Source of the DNA: Sminthopsis crassicaudata
Taxonomy: Eukaryota
Direction of reading: 5' to 3'
DNA: 64,000 nucleotides
Assembly: GCF_048593235.1 (NCBI RefSeq)
Contig: NC_133620.1
Span: 37,078,852-37,142,851, forward strand
In this document: positions 24,849-37,700 of the stretch, one piece after another
How positions within the stretch are numbered: the stretch's first letter is position 1
Layout of the letters: the number at the start of each line of letters is the position of its first letter
Notes under the pieces: model-generated
The model's input: only the letters and a program-made list of their open reading frames with translations
The model's database searches: none
Told to the model about the DNA's origin: nothing
Translations under genes and position numbers: made by a program

Positions 24849-25715
24849 TTCCTTTGCCTCTCTGCTTTTGTCTCCCTTTGCCTCTCTCTCTGTATTTCTT
24901 TGTGTATCTTTCTGTCTGGCTCTTTCCAATCCTTTCCCTGACCTCTCCTCCCTGCCTCTCTTCCTCCTTTCCTGCCTTTCTCCCTCCCTCCCTCCTCCCT
25001 TTCCTCTCTTCTCTTTTCTCTCTCTCTTTCATTCTCTCCCCATTTTCTTTTGTCTCTGTCTCTCCCTCTGACTCTGTCTTCCTCTCTTTTCTGTCTCTCT
25101 ATCTCTCTGTTTTTTTTTCACTTTCTGCCTCTGTCTCTTTCTCTTCACCTCTTTCTGTTTCTGTCTCACTGTCTTCGTGTATGTATAACTATCTCTGTGT
25201 CTCTTCATCTCTGTCTCTACTTCTCTGTCTCTACCTCTACTCTATGAGTCTGTTTCTGTCTTTGTCTCTTTATATATGTGTGTGTGTGTGTGTGTATGCA
25301 TGCCTCTCTAACTCTCTCCCCCCCCTCTGTTTCTGTCTTTCTGTCTCTCTCTTCTTCATTCTCTCTCTCTTTAATTCTCTCTGTATCTCTGTCTTTCTAT
25401 CTGCCTGTCTCTGTCTCTCTCTTCCTCTCTGTTTCTGTATACCTCTGAATCCTTCTCTCTGTTTCTGTTGTTCTCTGTCTTTCCCCCTCTCTGTCTCTCT
25501 CTGTCTTTCTGTCTCTCTGTTTCAGTGTGTTTGTCTCTGCCTCTATCTCTGGCTTTCTCTCTGCCTCCCAATTTCTGTTTCTTTCTGTGTCTCTCTCTGC
25601 TTCTCTCTTTTTTTCTGTCTCTGTCTTTCTCTGTATCTCTGTCTCTGTCTGTCTGTCTATCTGTCTGTCTCTCTCTATCTCTCACACACACCCCTTCCCT
25701 CTTTTTCTTCCTCCT
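24725..25715. repeat. About 1-kb polypyrimidine (CT/CTGT)n tract with (TG)n runs
   Basis: Direct reading; it explains the 345-aa S/L/C ORF. Confidence 0.95.
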
Positions 25716-25924
25716 AAAAGAGTTATTCACAAATTCTTAAATTTATCTTTCATGTTTACAAAAGATGGAGCAATTGCCCCCTCTGCATCTAATTTGTGAC
25801 CAATAAGAATTAGTAAGTGAAATAGCAACAATTAGGACCTTGAGATGCAATGATCATGTTTTATTAATATTTGTGATAAAGAGTAAATGATACACCTAGT
25901 CAGCCTTACATTTTTAAATTGAGA

Positions 25925-26189
25925 ACAGATTTGACTATCTTGCAGCACTCAGTGAATGCAATTCACCTGGTCCAGATGAACTATATCCTAGGGACTTAGC
26001 AAATTAGCAAATGTGATTGCTGAACTACTGTCAGTAACCTCAAAAGACTATGGAGAGCAGGAGTGATGTCACAGGAATGGAGAAGGGCCAATGTCCCAAT
26101 TCCAAAAATAAAAGGGAGGTGCGTGGGAGCTGGAAACTATTAGTCAGAAAACTTAACTATGATTTCTAGCAACATTAATCAACAAACAT
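25925..26189 (+). mobile_element. CR1/L3 ORF2 (RT N-terminal region) degenerate fragment
   Basis: Piecewise translation SPGPDELYPR…VIAELLSV…QEWRRANVP…GNY matches CR1 ORF2 SPGPDELHPR…VIAEPLS…EDWRRANV…GNYRPVSL, with frameshifts. Confidence 0.8.
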
Positions 26190-26758
26190 NNNNNNNNNNN
26201 NNNNNNNNNNNNNNNNNNNNNNNNNNNNNNNNNNNNNNNNNNNNNNNNNNNNNNTATCTGTACAATGACTTAGTTGGACTAGAAAATCCCTAAGATCCTT
26301 ACCAGCTCTAAGAGTCTACAATTCTAAGCCACCATAAGGGAAAACTCCCTAACAATTACTGTCAAAAAAATCATATGGTATGTGTTAAGGGATAAGGAGT
26401 TTACCATCAGTGAAAGTCTTCAAACAGGTTTGAATTTATGGAATGAGGTGGGGTGAGACAAAATGACCCTGAACCTTTGCCCCTACTAAGAGGAGGAAGG
26501 GAATGTTCTAAGTAGCATGGCCCCCGAATCTAGTCTTGTAACAGAGTAGGGAGATTTCTTGGACAGCACCAACCTAAAGACTGGCCTCAATAGTAACTTC
26601 AAGAGTTCAAGTATATAGAAATCTAAGCTTCCATAAAGAAGGGAACACCTTAAGCAGCATGAGCCTTGAAAATAGAAGAGGTTCATTCTCATGACCTCAT
26701 ATCTGGAAGATACTAAGGGGATGGAATTCAAGGCATGAAAGAATAACAGATCAGTATC

Positions 26759-26801
<43 letters not shown>

Positions 26802-27701
26802 ATCATAAGTTATATGGAGAATATAGAGGAAAATAAGACTGCTTGTCCAGGACCCTAAAATACTGCTATTTAAGGGGCTACTAAGCCACAGAGTAGCATT
26901 ATAACTCTGGAAAGGTCTGTGGAAAAATGATAATTTTACCAGGGGGAACAGAAGGTTCCCCAATGGCAAACCCAAAGTTGAGTTTCCTTCTAATGAGGAG
27001 ATTATGGGTTTGTGTGAGTACTTTGTGCATTTACTGGATCAGTTTATAGTCTCCTATGAGCCCTTTACATCTTCTACATTTTTACTGCTAAAATAAAAAG
27101 AATAGGAATGACAAGTGTAAGTTGCTATCATTTCTTACATCATGACCCTGTGGATTCAGGATGATACTACATCAATTCTAAATGGCAGAATCACAAAATC
27201 TCGAGGTGGAAGAGCAACCACATCCAATTCCTACCAGAAAAGGCTTTTTTTTTTTAAACTTGTTTTTGTATCCCCAGAATTTAGCACATTGCCTTGCACG
27301 CAGTAAGCACTAAATAAATGATTGCTGATTGACTGACTGACCCTCTATAACATATTTGATGAAGGCCATTCAGCTGCTGCTTTAAGACTTCCAATGAAGG
27401 ACAAGTCAATGTCTTTCAGGAAGGCCTATTCCATTTCTAAATTCTTCCCCAACATTGATTTTCTGCTTCTCAATCTTCAAGAATTTTGCTTCTGATTTTA
27501 CCACTGGGAACCCACAGAACAAAATTCTAATTTTTCGTCCACATGGGAAAATGCTTGAAATACTTAAAGAGAGCTGCCATGTTCCTCTTCATTTTCTCTT
27601 TTATGCAATAAACATTTTAAATCCCTTTAACCAATCCAAAATTTGGTTAAAGTGAGTCCAAAGTTATGAATAAATCCCAGAATCAAATCATGTTTCCAAA
27701 C

Positions 27702-27850
27702 CAGGAGTTCTTAAATATGGGATCCATGGATATGTTTAACATTTTGATAATCATATCCATATTTTATTTTATCCATTAAAAATTATTTTAAAGGGGGGTT
27801 CATAGACTGTCAAAGGGGTCCAAGACACACAAAAAGGCTAAAAACTCCTC
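27702..27850. mobile_element. Non-autonomous hAT/Charlie-type DNA transposon (MITE), degenerate
   Basis: Imperfect TIRs caggagttcttaaat … aggctaaaaactcctc and the internal aaaggggtccaagacacacaaaaagg typical of this class. No intact TSD seen. Confidence 0.6.
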
Positions 27851-29574
27851 TTTTGAGGTTGAAAGTTGTCACAGTAAATAGCATACCAGAACTGGAATCA
27901 AAAAGACCTGAGTTTAAATATAGCCTCAGCCACTTAATAGCTGTTGGACATTGGGCAAGTCACTTAATCCCTTTTTTGCTTCAGTTTCTTCATCTGTAAA
28001 ATGGGAGTAATAAGAGTACATATCTCTCAGGGTTGTAATGAGGATCAAATGAAAAAATAATCTTAAAGAGTTTAGCACAGTGTCTGACACATAGTAAGTG
28101 CTATATAAATGTTAACTATAATTATTATTATTCAGATACCTCTAACTCCTTTTACCAAAGCTTTTACTGCTCCTGAGAAAAGAAATGATTGGTGGGGGGA
28201 GGGACTGGAGTCACATATTACCTTCTGAAAATTGGGTCTGGGGTTGGAATAGTCTAGGAAAAAAAAAACAAGCAAGAAAATACAGTATATAGTGTCAACA
28301 TCTCCCCATTTATCAAGGCACTCTAATGTGCCAACTCCACCTAACTCAACTTTGATGAGTTCAATGTTTTCAAGACTAGCAGAACTTTCTGTGACCTGTA
28401 TNNNNNNNNNNNNNNNNNNNNNNNNNNNNNNNNNNNNNNNNNNNNNNNNNNNNNNNNNNNNNNNNNNNNNNNNNNNNNNNNNNNNNNNNNNNNNNNNNNN
28501 NNNNNNNNNNNNNNNNNNNNNNNNNNNNNNNNNNNNNNNNNNNNNNNNNNNNNNNNNAGAAAACTTAACTGTTCTGAGAGCTGCTGCCACCATGGACTCA
28601 GAAACACAATCAGAAAATGTTCACGGAAACTCTTGAAGGATGCAAGTAAAGAATTTGGCTTTCCTTGTGTGGAAATACCATACTGGGTGCCAGATTTTAG
28701 TCCCAGCCTGTAGCAATCAAGGTAATCAGGTTGAAGAGGTAATCGGGGCTCGGTATGTGTAAGGATCATAGATTTCCAGTTGAAAAGGACCTTAGAGACC
28801 ATTGAGTTCAACCCATTCTTTTTATAGGTACTATAAAATAATGAAGAAATTGTTACCCAAGGCCTCACTAGTGGTAAATAACAGCATTCTAAAATTTGAA
28901 TCCAATTCCAAAGTCTAAACTCTAAATCCAGAGGTGCTTTGACTTTGTTCTGCCTCAAAATTTAAAGGAGAACTATGGCAGATGTGATATCCCAACACTG
29001 CTCTGATTAACACAAAAGCATTCCAGAGGGAAGCTGATAGGAGCTTATGATCCCTTAGCATTAGTCTATGGGATGTTGGGAAGATCAAAGAGCTTCCAAA
29101 GACTCTTATCAAGGAATGGCTTTTCTCACTTCCTGTCTGGAATGCCTTGTTCCATTTAGTGCTCTCTATTATGAGTATAGAGGCGGTTCATCCCCAGCCC
29201 ACAGAATCAAAAAAAAACTGCATGGGGTGTACAGAACATAAAAGGTTTTGAATGGAGGCAGGATGGAGAAAAGGATAAGGAGAAGTTAAGAGATAGAGGA
29301 AGAAAGACTTAATCAGGTACTTCTTCCTACAGGAAGTCTTCCTTGAGCCCTCCCCATTGGGTGGATGCTCTCTTCTTCCTCAATTTAACTTGTATATTTT
29401 TTTACTTTTCATGTATGTGGTTTTTTCTTCCTACCCCCAATAAAGTATAAATTTCTTTGAGGGAAAAAGCTATTTGGTTTTTGTTTTTATTTTGGGTTTT
29501 TATAATTATTTGTATCCCAAACATTTAGCATATTGTCTTGCAAACAATAAACAGTTAATAAATGCTTACTGATT

Positions 29575-30170
29575 TATAACAGCTTTTTTATGGTGGCAAA
29601 GAAATGAAAATTGAGAGAATGCCTACCACTTGAGGAATGGCTTAACAAGTTGTAATATATTAATGGTAATGGAATATTATTGTGCTATAAGAAATGATGA
29701 GCAGGATGCTCTCAGAAAAACCTGGACTTACATGAACTGATGTAAAGTGAAATGAGCAAACCAGGAGGACACTGGTTTGTGCAATGATCAACTTTGAATG
29801 ACTTAGCTGTTCTCAGAAATAGAAATATCCAAGACAATTCTGAAAGGCCAATGATGAAAAATGCTATCCATATCTAAAGAAGGAACTCAGTCTGGATGCA
29901 GACTGAAACATACTTTTTGTGTGTTTCTTTATTTTTCTTGTGTTTCATTTGTCTGTAGGTTTTTTCACAACATTACTAATAGAGAAGTATGTTTTGCATG
30001 ACTTCACATGTATAACCTATATCAAGTTGATTTCCTTTTCAGAGAGGGGTTAGGTAGAGAGAGAAAAAGGGAGGGAGAGAAAAAGTTCCCTTTGGAACTC
30101 AAATGTTTTTAAATAATGTTAAAATTATTTCACATTTATGGGGTTGATAAAATATCAAATAAATGAATGC
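29575..30170 (+). mobile_element. Old L1 3' end (ORF2 end plus 3'UTR)
   Basis: atggaatattattgtgctataagaaatgatgagcagg…gacttacatgaactgatg is homologous to the younger L1 copies in this window. Confidence 0.8.
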
Positions 30171-31096
30171 TAACTGAATTAAATTGATTTGAGTTTAATT
30201 GAATTAAAATAGTGTAATTTAGAAGGAGAGAGGGAGNNNNNNNNNNNNNNNNNNNNNNNNNNNNNNNNNNNNNNNNNNNNNNNNNNNNNNNNNNNNNNNN
30301 NNNNNNNNNNNNNNNNNNNNNNNNNNNNNNNNNNNNNNNNNNNNNNNNNNNNNNNNNNNNNNNNNNNNNNNNNNNNNNNNNNNNNNNNNNNNNNNNNNNN
30401 NNNNNNNNNNNNNNNNNNNNNNNNNNNNNNNNNNNNNNNNNNNNNNNNNNNNNNNNNNNNNNNAGGGAGGAAGAGAAGAAGGAGGGAGGGAAGGGGGAAA
30501 GAAGTAAACAAGGAAGAGAAGGGAGGGAGGGAAGGAAGGAAACAGGGAGAAAGGAGAGAGGAGGGAGAGAGAAAAAAATTATTAGTCACTTTACTATATA
30601 TCAAGTTCTGTGCTAAGAATTGGAGATACAATTAGAAAAAGCAAAATAGTCTCTGCTCTCAATGGGCTGATTTTTTAAAAATTTTTTTACTTTGAGTTCC
30701 AAATTCTGTTCTTCCTCTATCCATTAAGAAGGAAAGCAATATGATAAGAGCTCACATTCTAAATGTAAGTGACAACACAGATTGAAGGACACAGTGACCT
30801 TGAGAGTGTAGGTGTAGGTCAGATGGCTCAGGGAACCTTAGCTTGCCTTGGTAGGTCAGATCCAGAGATCTGAGCCTCATAGTGGCAAGGCTGATTATGG
30901 TGATTTTTTTTTCCTGTCTGCTTGGTTGATGAACCCTCAACCTCTTCCTTATGGGAGAAAATAGTCTTTGCTTTGGCAAGAGGGTAAAGGTGGCCCAAAG
31001 TGCCTACTTCCTGCTGGATCTATAAGGCAAAATCTATTCCAGGTAGGTGAGCAGGCTGGGGTAGGGACAGCTAATGAGGTGCAATCGGACACAGTT

Positions 31097-31250
31097 AGGG
31101 ATGTCATGGAACCAGCTTAAACCAATCACCAGAGTCTATTGAGCCTTTATATCTACATGCTATAAATCAGGGTTTGATTTCTTGAACTATTGGTTTTCTA
31201 AATTTAAGAAATTGATGGAGAAAATGTAAATAAAGCAGATTAAACTCTGT
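31097..31250. mobile_element. Truncated hAT-Tip100 (Arthur1-like) element
   Basis: agggatgtcatggaaccagc…aagaaattgatggagaaaatg shares blocks with 46771-46996. Confidence 0.5.
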
Positions 31251-31251
31251 G

Positions 31252-31293
<42 letters not shown>

Positions 31294-33528
31294 CAAGATT
31301 AGAATTCTCTATGAGATTAAGACAGGCTACTGTCCAGAGGGGTGAGAAAAGCCTGCTTAGTTTTTAATTTTGAATGCAAAAAACAGTGTTTTGGGAAGGC
31401 TTTCCCTTCATAAGTATAAGAACTCAGGAAAAACTTCCTAAAAAATGAAAACTGTCCCAAAGAGTCCCAAACTGCTTCATAAAGTGGTGACTTTTTCAAT
31501 CTCAGAAATTCCTCCCAATTAGAGGCTGCATCATTCTCAAAGTGTGTGACAATGGGGATCCCTTTCACTCTACTTTGGAGGAGTTGGCTGAAAAAGTCCC
31601 TTCCAAGTTTCACGGTCTGTGATTTCAGCAATGGTTTTCTCTTCCTTCATGCCAGAGGCTGACCAGGATGGATTCTTTCCTCATTTAAATAACATCATAG
31701 GAAAATGCATCTCTAAAAATTTCAGAACTCCCTGAAACTCCTCTGGGAATTTGCGACCTGAAAAGAAGAAAAGGGGGAGGATTAAGGTAAAAGCTTTTTT
31801 CTCTTTAAAAAAAAGAGTCTTGATTTTTAATCTGTGAAGCCCAATTGTGAACACTCTAGTTAGTTGTCTTCTCTCTTAACTAGGCTCTTAGTACCTTAGA
31901 TTCAGGGACTACTCTATCCTATGTAGTAATAAAAGAAAAAGTCTGGTATTCATTCAACAAATATTAAGCACTCAGTAAAAAGCAATGGATCAGTTGCTGT
32001 GATGAGAACAGAGATTTTGGGCATCTCAGTGGCACTCCAAAAGCTTCAAGTTTGAAGACACTCACAACTTGTATAACTCTGGGCAAGTTATTTATAATTA
32101 ATTTATAAATAATAAATAAATAAATGTTCTGTGACTCAATTTCCTCATCTGTAAAATGGGAATAATGATAACACTTATTTTCCAAGGCAGCTGTGAGGAT
32201 CAAATGAGTTAGCATTTGTTATGTGCTTTGTAAACCTTAAAGCATATATAAATATGCTTTATATATATAGCAACTATGTAAATGGCAACTATTAACATTA
32301 TTTTGAAAAGAATTGGCCCTGCCTTCATGGGGCTTTCAGGTTAGTAAGGAGATAAAACGAAAACACTTGTAGCACCCTCACTCCACCTTTCCCTTCCCGT
32401 AGTGATGATTTAAAAAATACTAGAAGAAAAGGGAGTAGTCAGGGAAAATAAAGGAGAACTAGAGCTACAGACAGGAAAAATAATGTTTTGTTTTGTTTCT
32501 CCCCAAGGACAAAAAAAAGGAGAGGTGGCAATGGACTAAGGAAGATTTTCTCTACAGAGTTGGCCATTCTTTGACTACACTTTGCTGGACTTCTCATGAT
32601 ATATCATCCTCAGGGAGTATTGAGAACCCTATGCAGCCCAACCAATGGGCAACTGTGCTAGGAGATAAGAGAAAACCATGATCAGAGAGGCTCCTGACAG
32701 TGTCAAAGCTGGGAAAGTAACAGCCAGAGCACCACAACCCATCACCCTCTCCAGTCCATCTGCAGTTCTCAGACTAACTTGATTGTGACCACTTGGGAGA
32801 TCATGACTAGGAAAGCCCAGGGGGCACTTAGGCCAAGAATGGCAAAAGACACAATTACAAAGAAAACCAATTAGACTGATGGGTGTTTATTAAAATATAT
32901 ATAGAGAGATACATATATCTTAATATATTTATTTTGCACTAGAGTCTATTGCTAATGGTCACCAAAGATAATAACTGACATAGCACTTTAAGGCTTTGCA
33001 ACATGCTTAATGTATATTATAGAATTTGGTACAGACAACAAACTTGTGATGGAAAATACTTTGGAGACATTTGCAAAAATCTAATATTTGGGATATGTGT
33101 AATCCCCAGTGGGGGAAGTTAAGTTTACACATTGGAATTGTATCTGGGAACTCAGGTTTGGAGCAGGACTATAGAATGGTCAGACAGAGTGAGCCTGGAA
33201 GCAACTACAGATGAACAATACCAATAGTTGTTTTATTACATTCTGATTATATTCCTTTTATTTCTTTGTTTATAAGTAAAGACTATGTACAACTGAGCCA
33301 TGCTCATGGTAGACTCCATCGTACCAGGCTCACACCAACTGGGAGGAAAGCAGAGTTTCTGCAGTGAGTGGGGGCTCTAGCCAAGATTCACATTAGATAC
33401 ATCACACTGAGAACATTCTTCCTATTCTTCTAACAAGGCTGCCACTCACCAAAAGGCAATGTTGAGTGATATAGGTTTCCATGCCCTGAGAACTCCAGAG
33501 ACAACAGTGTTCTCCTCAAACATTCCCT

Positions 33529-35072
33529 TGTGATCAGTGGAATAGTTTAGGTTCACAGGGCAAGATAGTGAATAAAAATAGCAATCTAGTGTTTGACAAA
33601 CGCAAGCATCCCAACTTTTGGGATAAGAATTCATTATTTGACAAAAACTGCTGGGAAAATTGGAAATTAGTATGGCAAAAACTAGTCATGGACCCATATT
33701 TAACACCACATACTAAGATAAGATCAAAATGGGTCCATGATTTACACATAAAGAACGAGATCATAAATAAATTAGAGGAACATAGGATAGTTTACCTCTC
33801 AGACTTGTGGAGGAGGAAAGAATTTGTGACCAAAGGAGAACTAGAGATCATTATTGATCACAAAATAGAAAATTTTGATTACATCAAATTAAAAAACTTT
33901 TGTACAAACAAAACTAATGCAAACAACATTAGAAGGGAAGTAACAAATTGGGAAAACATTTTTACAGTTAAAGGTTCTGATAAAGACCTCATTTCCAAAA
34001 TATACAGAGAATTGACTCTAATTTATAAGAAATCAAGCCATTCTCCAATTGATAAATGGTCAAAGGATATGAACAATTTTCAGATAATGAAATTGAAACT
34101 ATTTCCACTCATATGAAAGAGAGTTCCAAATCTCTACTGATCAGAGAAATGCACATTAAGACAACTCTGAGATACCACTAGACACCTATCAGATTGGCTA
34201 AGATGACAGGGAAAGATAATGATGAATGTTGGAGGGGATGTGGGAAAACTGGGACACTGATGCATTATTGGTGGAGTTGTGAAAGAATCCAACAATTCTG
34301 GAGAGCAATCTGGAATTATGCCCAAAAAGTTATCAAACTGTGCATACTCTTTGATCCAGCAGTGCTACTACTGGGCTTATATCCCAAGGAAATACTAAAG
34401 AAGGGAAAGGGACCTGTATGTGCCAAAATGTTTGTGGCAGCCCTTTTTGTAGTGGCTAAAAACTGGAAAATGAACAGATACCCATCAATTGGAGAATGGT
34501 TGAGTAAATTATGGTATATGAATGTTATGGAATATTATTGTTCTGTAAGAAATGACCAACAGGATGAATGCAGTGAGGCTTGGAGAGACTTACATCACCT
34601 GAAGCTAAGTGAAACGAGCAGAACTAGGAGATCATTATACACTTCAACAATGACACTATATGAGGATGTATTCTGGTGGAAGCCGATATCTTCAACATAG
34701 AGAAGAGCTAATCCAATTCCAATTGATCAATGATGGACAGAATCAGCTACACCCAGAAAAGGAACACTGGGAAATGAGTGTAAACTGTTAGCATTTTTTG
34801 TTTTTCTCCTCAGATTATTTTTACCTTCCAAATACAATTCTTCCTTTGCAACAACAACAACAAAATTCAGTTCTGCATATATATATATTGTACCTAGGAT
34901 ATACTATAAGATATTTAATATGTATGGGAGTGCCTGCCATCTAGGGGATGGGGTGGAGGGAAGGAGGGGAAAAATTTGGAACAGAAGGGAGTACAAGGGA
35001 TAATGTTGTAAAAAATTACCTATGCATATGTACTGTCAAAAAAAGTATTATAATTATAAAATTAAAAAAAAA
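33529..35072 (+). mobile_element. 5'-truncated L1 (disabled ORF2 C-terminal part, 3'UTR, poly-A)
   Basis: ORF2 motifs DQWN…SNLVFDK…SLFDKNCWENW…YLTPHTKIRSKW and CWRGCGKTGTLMHYWW. Frameshift near 34075. Poly-A, and TSD aaacatt(t)ccct at 33518-33528 and 35073-35084. Confidence 0.95.
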
Positions 35073-37333
35073 AAACATTTCCCTATGTTGGTAAATGGCA
35101 GAAGTGCTAAGGTCAGCATAAGATTTCCTATCCTACCAAGTAACTGTATCAAGTAACTGGGAAGGGTGCCTCTTGGTGGGTTATCTACTGGGGACAAAGT
35201 TCTAGTTACCTGAGATAACTAAAAAAAGAAAAATTTAAGAAACCAAGAAGGATCCAGTCTCTCTCTACCCCAACTTTCTCATCTGTACAATAGGCATAAT
35301 AATATCTACCATGTTCCTCACATGGTGGTTGTGAGGACTAAATATTATAATGCCTGTAAAACAGGTTACAAGCCTTAAGTAACATATAAATGTCAATTAT
35401 TATTATATTTGGTGATCCTCAGCATTAGGCTCTAGTACAAGAGCAATCAAGATAAGATTGAAATGAAGGAGAGTCCTTAAAGATCCTCTGTACAGGGATT
35501 CTTAACCTGGGGGCCATGAACTTTGTGTATGTATGTATATACATGCACACATAGACATATGGAGAGATATTGACATATATAATATATAATATAATATAGA
35601 CATAAAACAAGACCTGATCCAATCTGATCCCTTCAAAATATTCAAGCTACAATATTTTACAGATGGGCCAGGGAGGCCCAGAGATATTAAGCAACTTGTT
35701 CATTCAGCTGGCAGATCATAGAGTTAAACTCAGAGGATCTGGGTTCAAATGCAAAATCAGTTAACTCTCCACTACATCACATTGCTTTAAATTGCTGGAA
35801 TAGAAGACAACACATGAGACATAGTGCGATAACCAAAGTGGGTGGGATTAGAAAAAGGAATGGAGCAAAGGAAAGGCAGGGATATATGAACAGATATGGA
35901 CACCCTTGATCCTAGGGACAGCATAGGTTATCTGCCATGAGAGGAACCATGAAAAGGATCTTCAACCATCAAGTGGAAAGTTAATTAAAAAGCAGTCAAA
36001 TTAGCATTGATTTTGTGGTAGCTGTGACCTTTTTATTATGATAATGATGATTCTCTCCTCTTCTCCTTCCTCTCTCCATTCTCATATCTCTAGCCCCTTC
36101 ACTACCCAAGTGCCCTTCAGTAGACAAACTATTCTAAAATAGCTTGCACATGGGCTTCCCAGAAGCCTGCTCTCCTTGCAGATGGCATAGTGGACCTCAG
36201 CTGATGCAAGCCGTTTTAACCTGGAGTATTTGCTGGTTCCGTTTTTTTTTTCTTTTTGTTCTGATGATTGTTAGCTCTTCTGGTTCATTGGTGATGGAAA
36301 TAAATCACATCTAACCTCTTTTGTACTAAAATTAACTGTCTCCTTGGACTGATTATCTTGCCCTTGGTCTCTCTGGAGTTGCACCCACAGGATCTCCAAC
36401 ATGCCTGGCAGCCTTAACAATTTGCTTAAGTCACATGTGAGGAGAGTCAAGTTAGTGTTCTCCCTCTGAGGTCAAGGGGGCAGTGGTGGCTGCAAGAAAA
36501 CCAACAGCCTCATTCTGATCAAAAGCTGAAAACAAAGGAGCCTCATGACTTTCATGATCTAGTCTTAAAAACACAGAAAGACAATGACTCCTTTTAGCTG
36601 TGTGACCTTTAACAAGTCCCTTAAATCTCTCTCTGCCTCAGTTTTTCCATCTCTAAAATGAGGAGAATAACAGCTTCCCAAAGTTGTTGTGAGGATAAAA
36701 TGACATAATTTTTGAAAAACATTTTGCAAACCTTATAGCTCTATATAAATGCTAGCTATCATTATTGTTTTCATTGTTACCATCGTGATGCTACTGTGGA
36801 GAGGTGATGGTGGCAATGATAGTGATTGCTGTTGTTATTTCCAGACGAGGAGCAGAAAGTGTATTTATAGTCAAATAAATCTGAATTCATATTTAGTTTC
36901 CAATAACATCTATCTATAACCATCGCGAAGAAACCATTTCATATCTCTGAGTCTCAGTTTCCTTTTCTGTAAAATGTAGTATTTATACCTATCTCACAGG
37001 ACTGTCACATAGATCAAGTGAGATAATATGTGAAAAATGCTTTTGCAAACCTTGGAGCCCAATATAACAATCAGCTGCCAGTATTATTACTGCTATTAGA
37101 CTTGCCAGGCTGTACATATGATAAGGACTAGATGGGGGGGAAGAGTAGGGCATCAGTTCCATTTGAATGTGCCTGGCTATATTTATTGTAAAGAAGTCAT
37201 AGCTTCTTTACCTCTATTGATTCAACTTCTTCAAGATCTCATCTGAAGCCTTGGGTCTGGGGGTGGTGATTTTGTATAATGTTTGAGGAACTGAGAAGAA
37301 GCAGGTGAAAAGAGCTGTATTAAAAGACTTTTT

Positions 37334-37700
37334 GATGTATCGGTCAACTTGCCATCAAGAGGAAGATGTTAGGATTACTAAGTGAGAACTGAGGTTGCGT
37401 CTGGGGCTGAGGTTGAGTCGGCTGAGGACCAGGAATCTCTTATAGCTGAAATGGGGCAGATGCTGAGGTCCAGGGATTGAATATAGCTAACATCTGCCCC
37501 ATTTCAGCTATAAGAGATTCCTGGTCCTCAGCCGACTCAACCTCAGCCCCAGACGCAACCTCAGTTCTCACTTAGTAATCCTAACAGGAAGGGGTGGGGA
37601 GAAGGAGGGGAGAAGTTGGAACAAAACGTTTTGCAATTGTCAATGCTGGAAAATTACCTATGCATAAAATTTTTGTAAAAATTAATTTAATTAATTAATT
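37334..37700 (+). mobile_element. Very short 5'-truncated L1 3'UTR remnant, interrupted by the 220-bp palindromic element
   Basis: Removing 37367-37586 and one target copy rejoins …caacttgccatcaagaggaaggggtggggagaaggagggg…, matching the L1 3'UTRs at 34930 and 47750. TSD aaaaga(c/t)ttttt at 37322-37333 and 37701-37712, at a TT/AAAA site. Confidence 0.8.
37367..37586. repeat. Perfect 96-bp inverted repeat with 28-nt spacer, TG...CA termini
   Basis: 37367-37462 is the exact reverse complement of 37491-37586. It is flanked by ggaaga (37361-37366) and ggaagg (37587-37592). Confidence 0.95.

Noticed and set aside
24680-25799. 345-aa and neighbouring ORFs
   Set aside because: They are translations of the polypyrimidine tract.
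26842-26871. LVQDPKILLF resembling an ABC Walker-B lead-in
   Set aside because: There is no following DE motif, a stop lies shortly after, and there is no exon context.
34134-34325. Similar minus-strand 63-aa ORFs here and at 55959-56150
   Set aside because: They are antisense to homologous L1 ORF2 sequence; the similarity comes from the L1 copies.
33568-34700. L1 ORF2 as an intact CDS
   Set aside because: It is 5'-truncated (no endonuclease or RT core) with a frameshift and stop; the same applies to 55770-56495.
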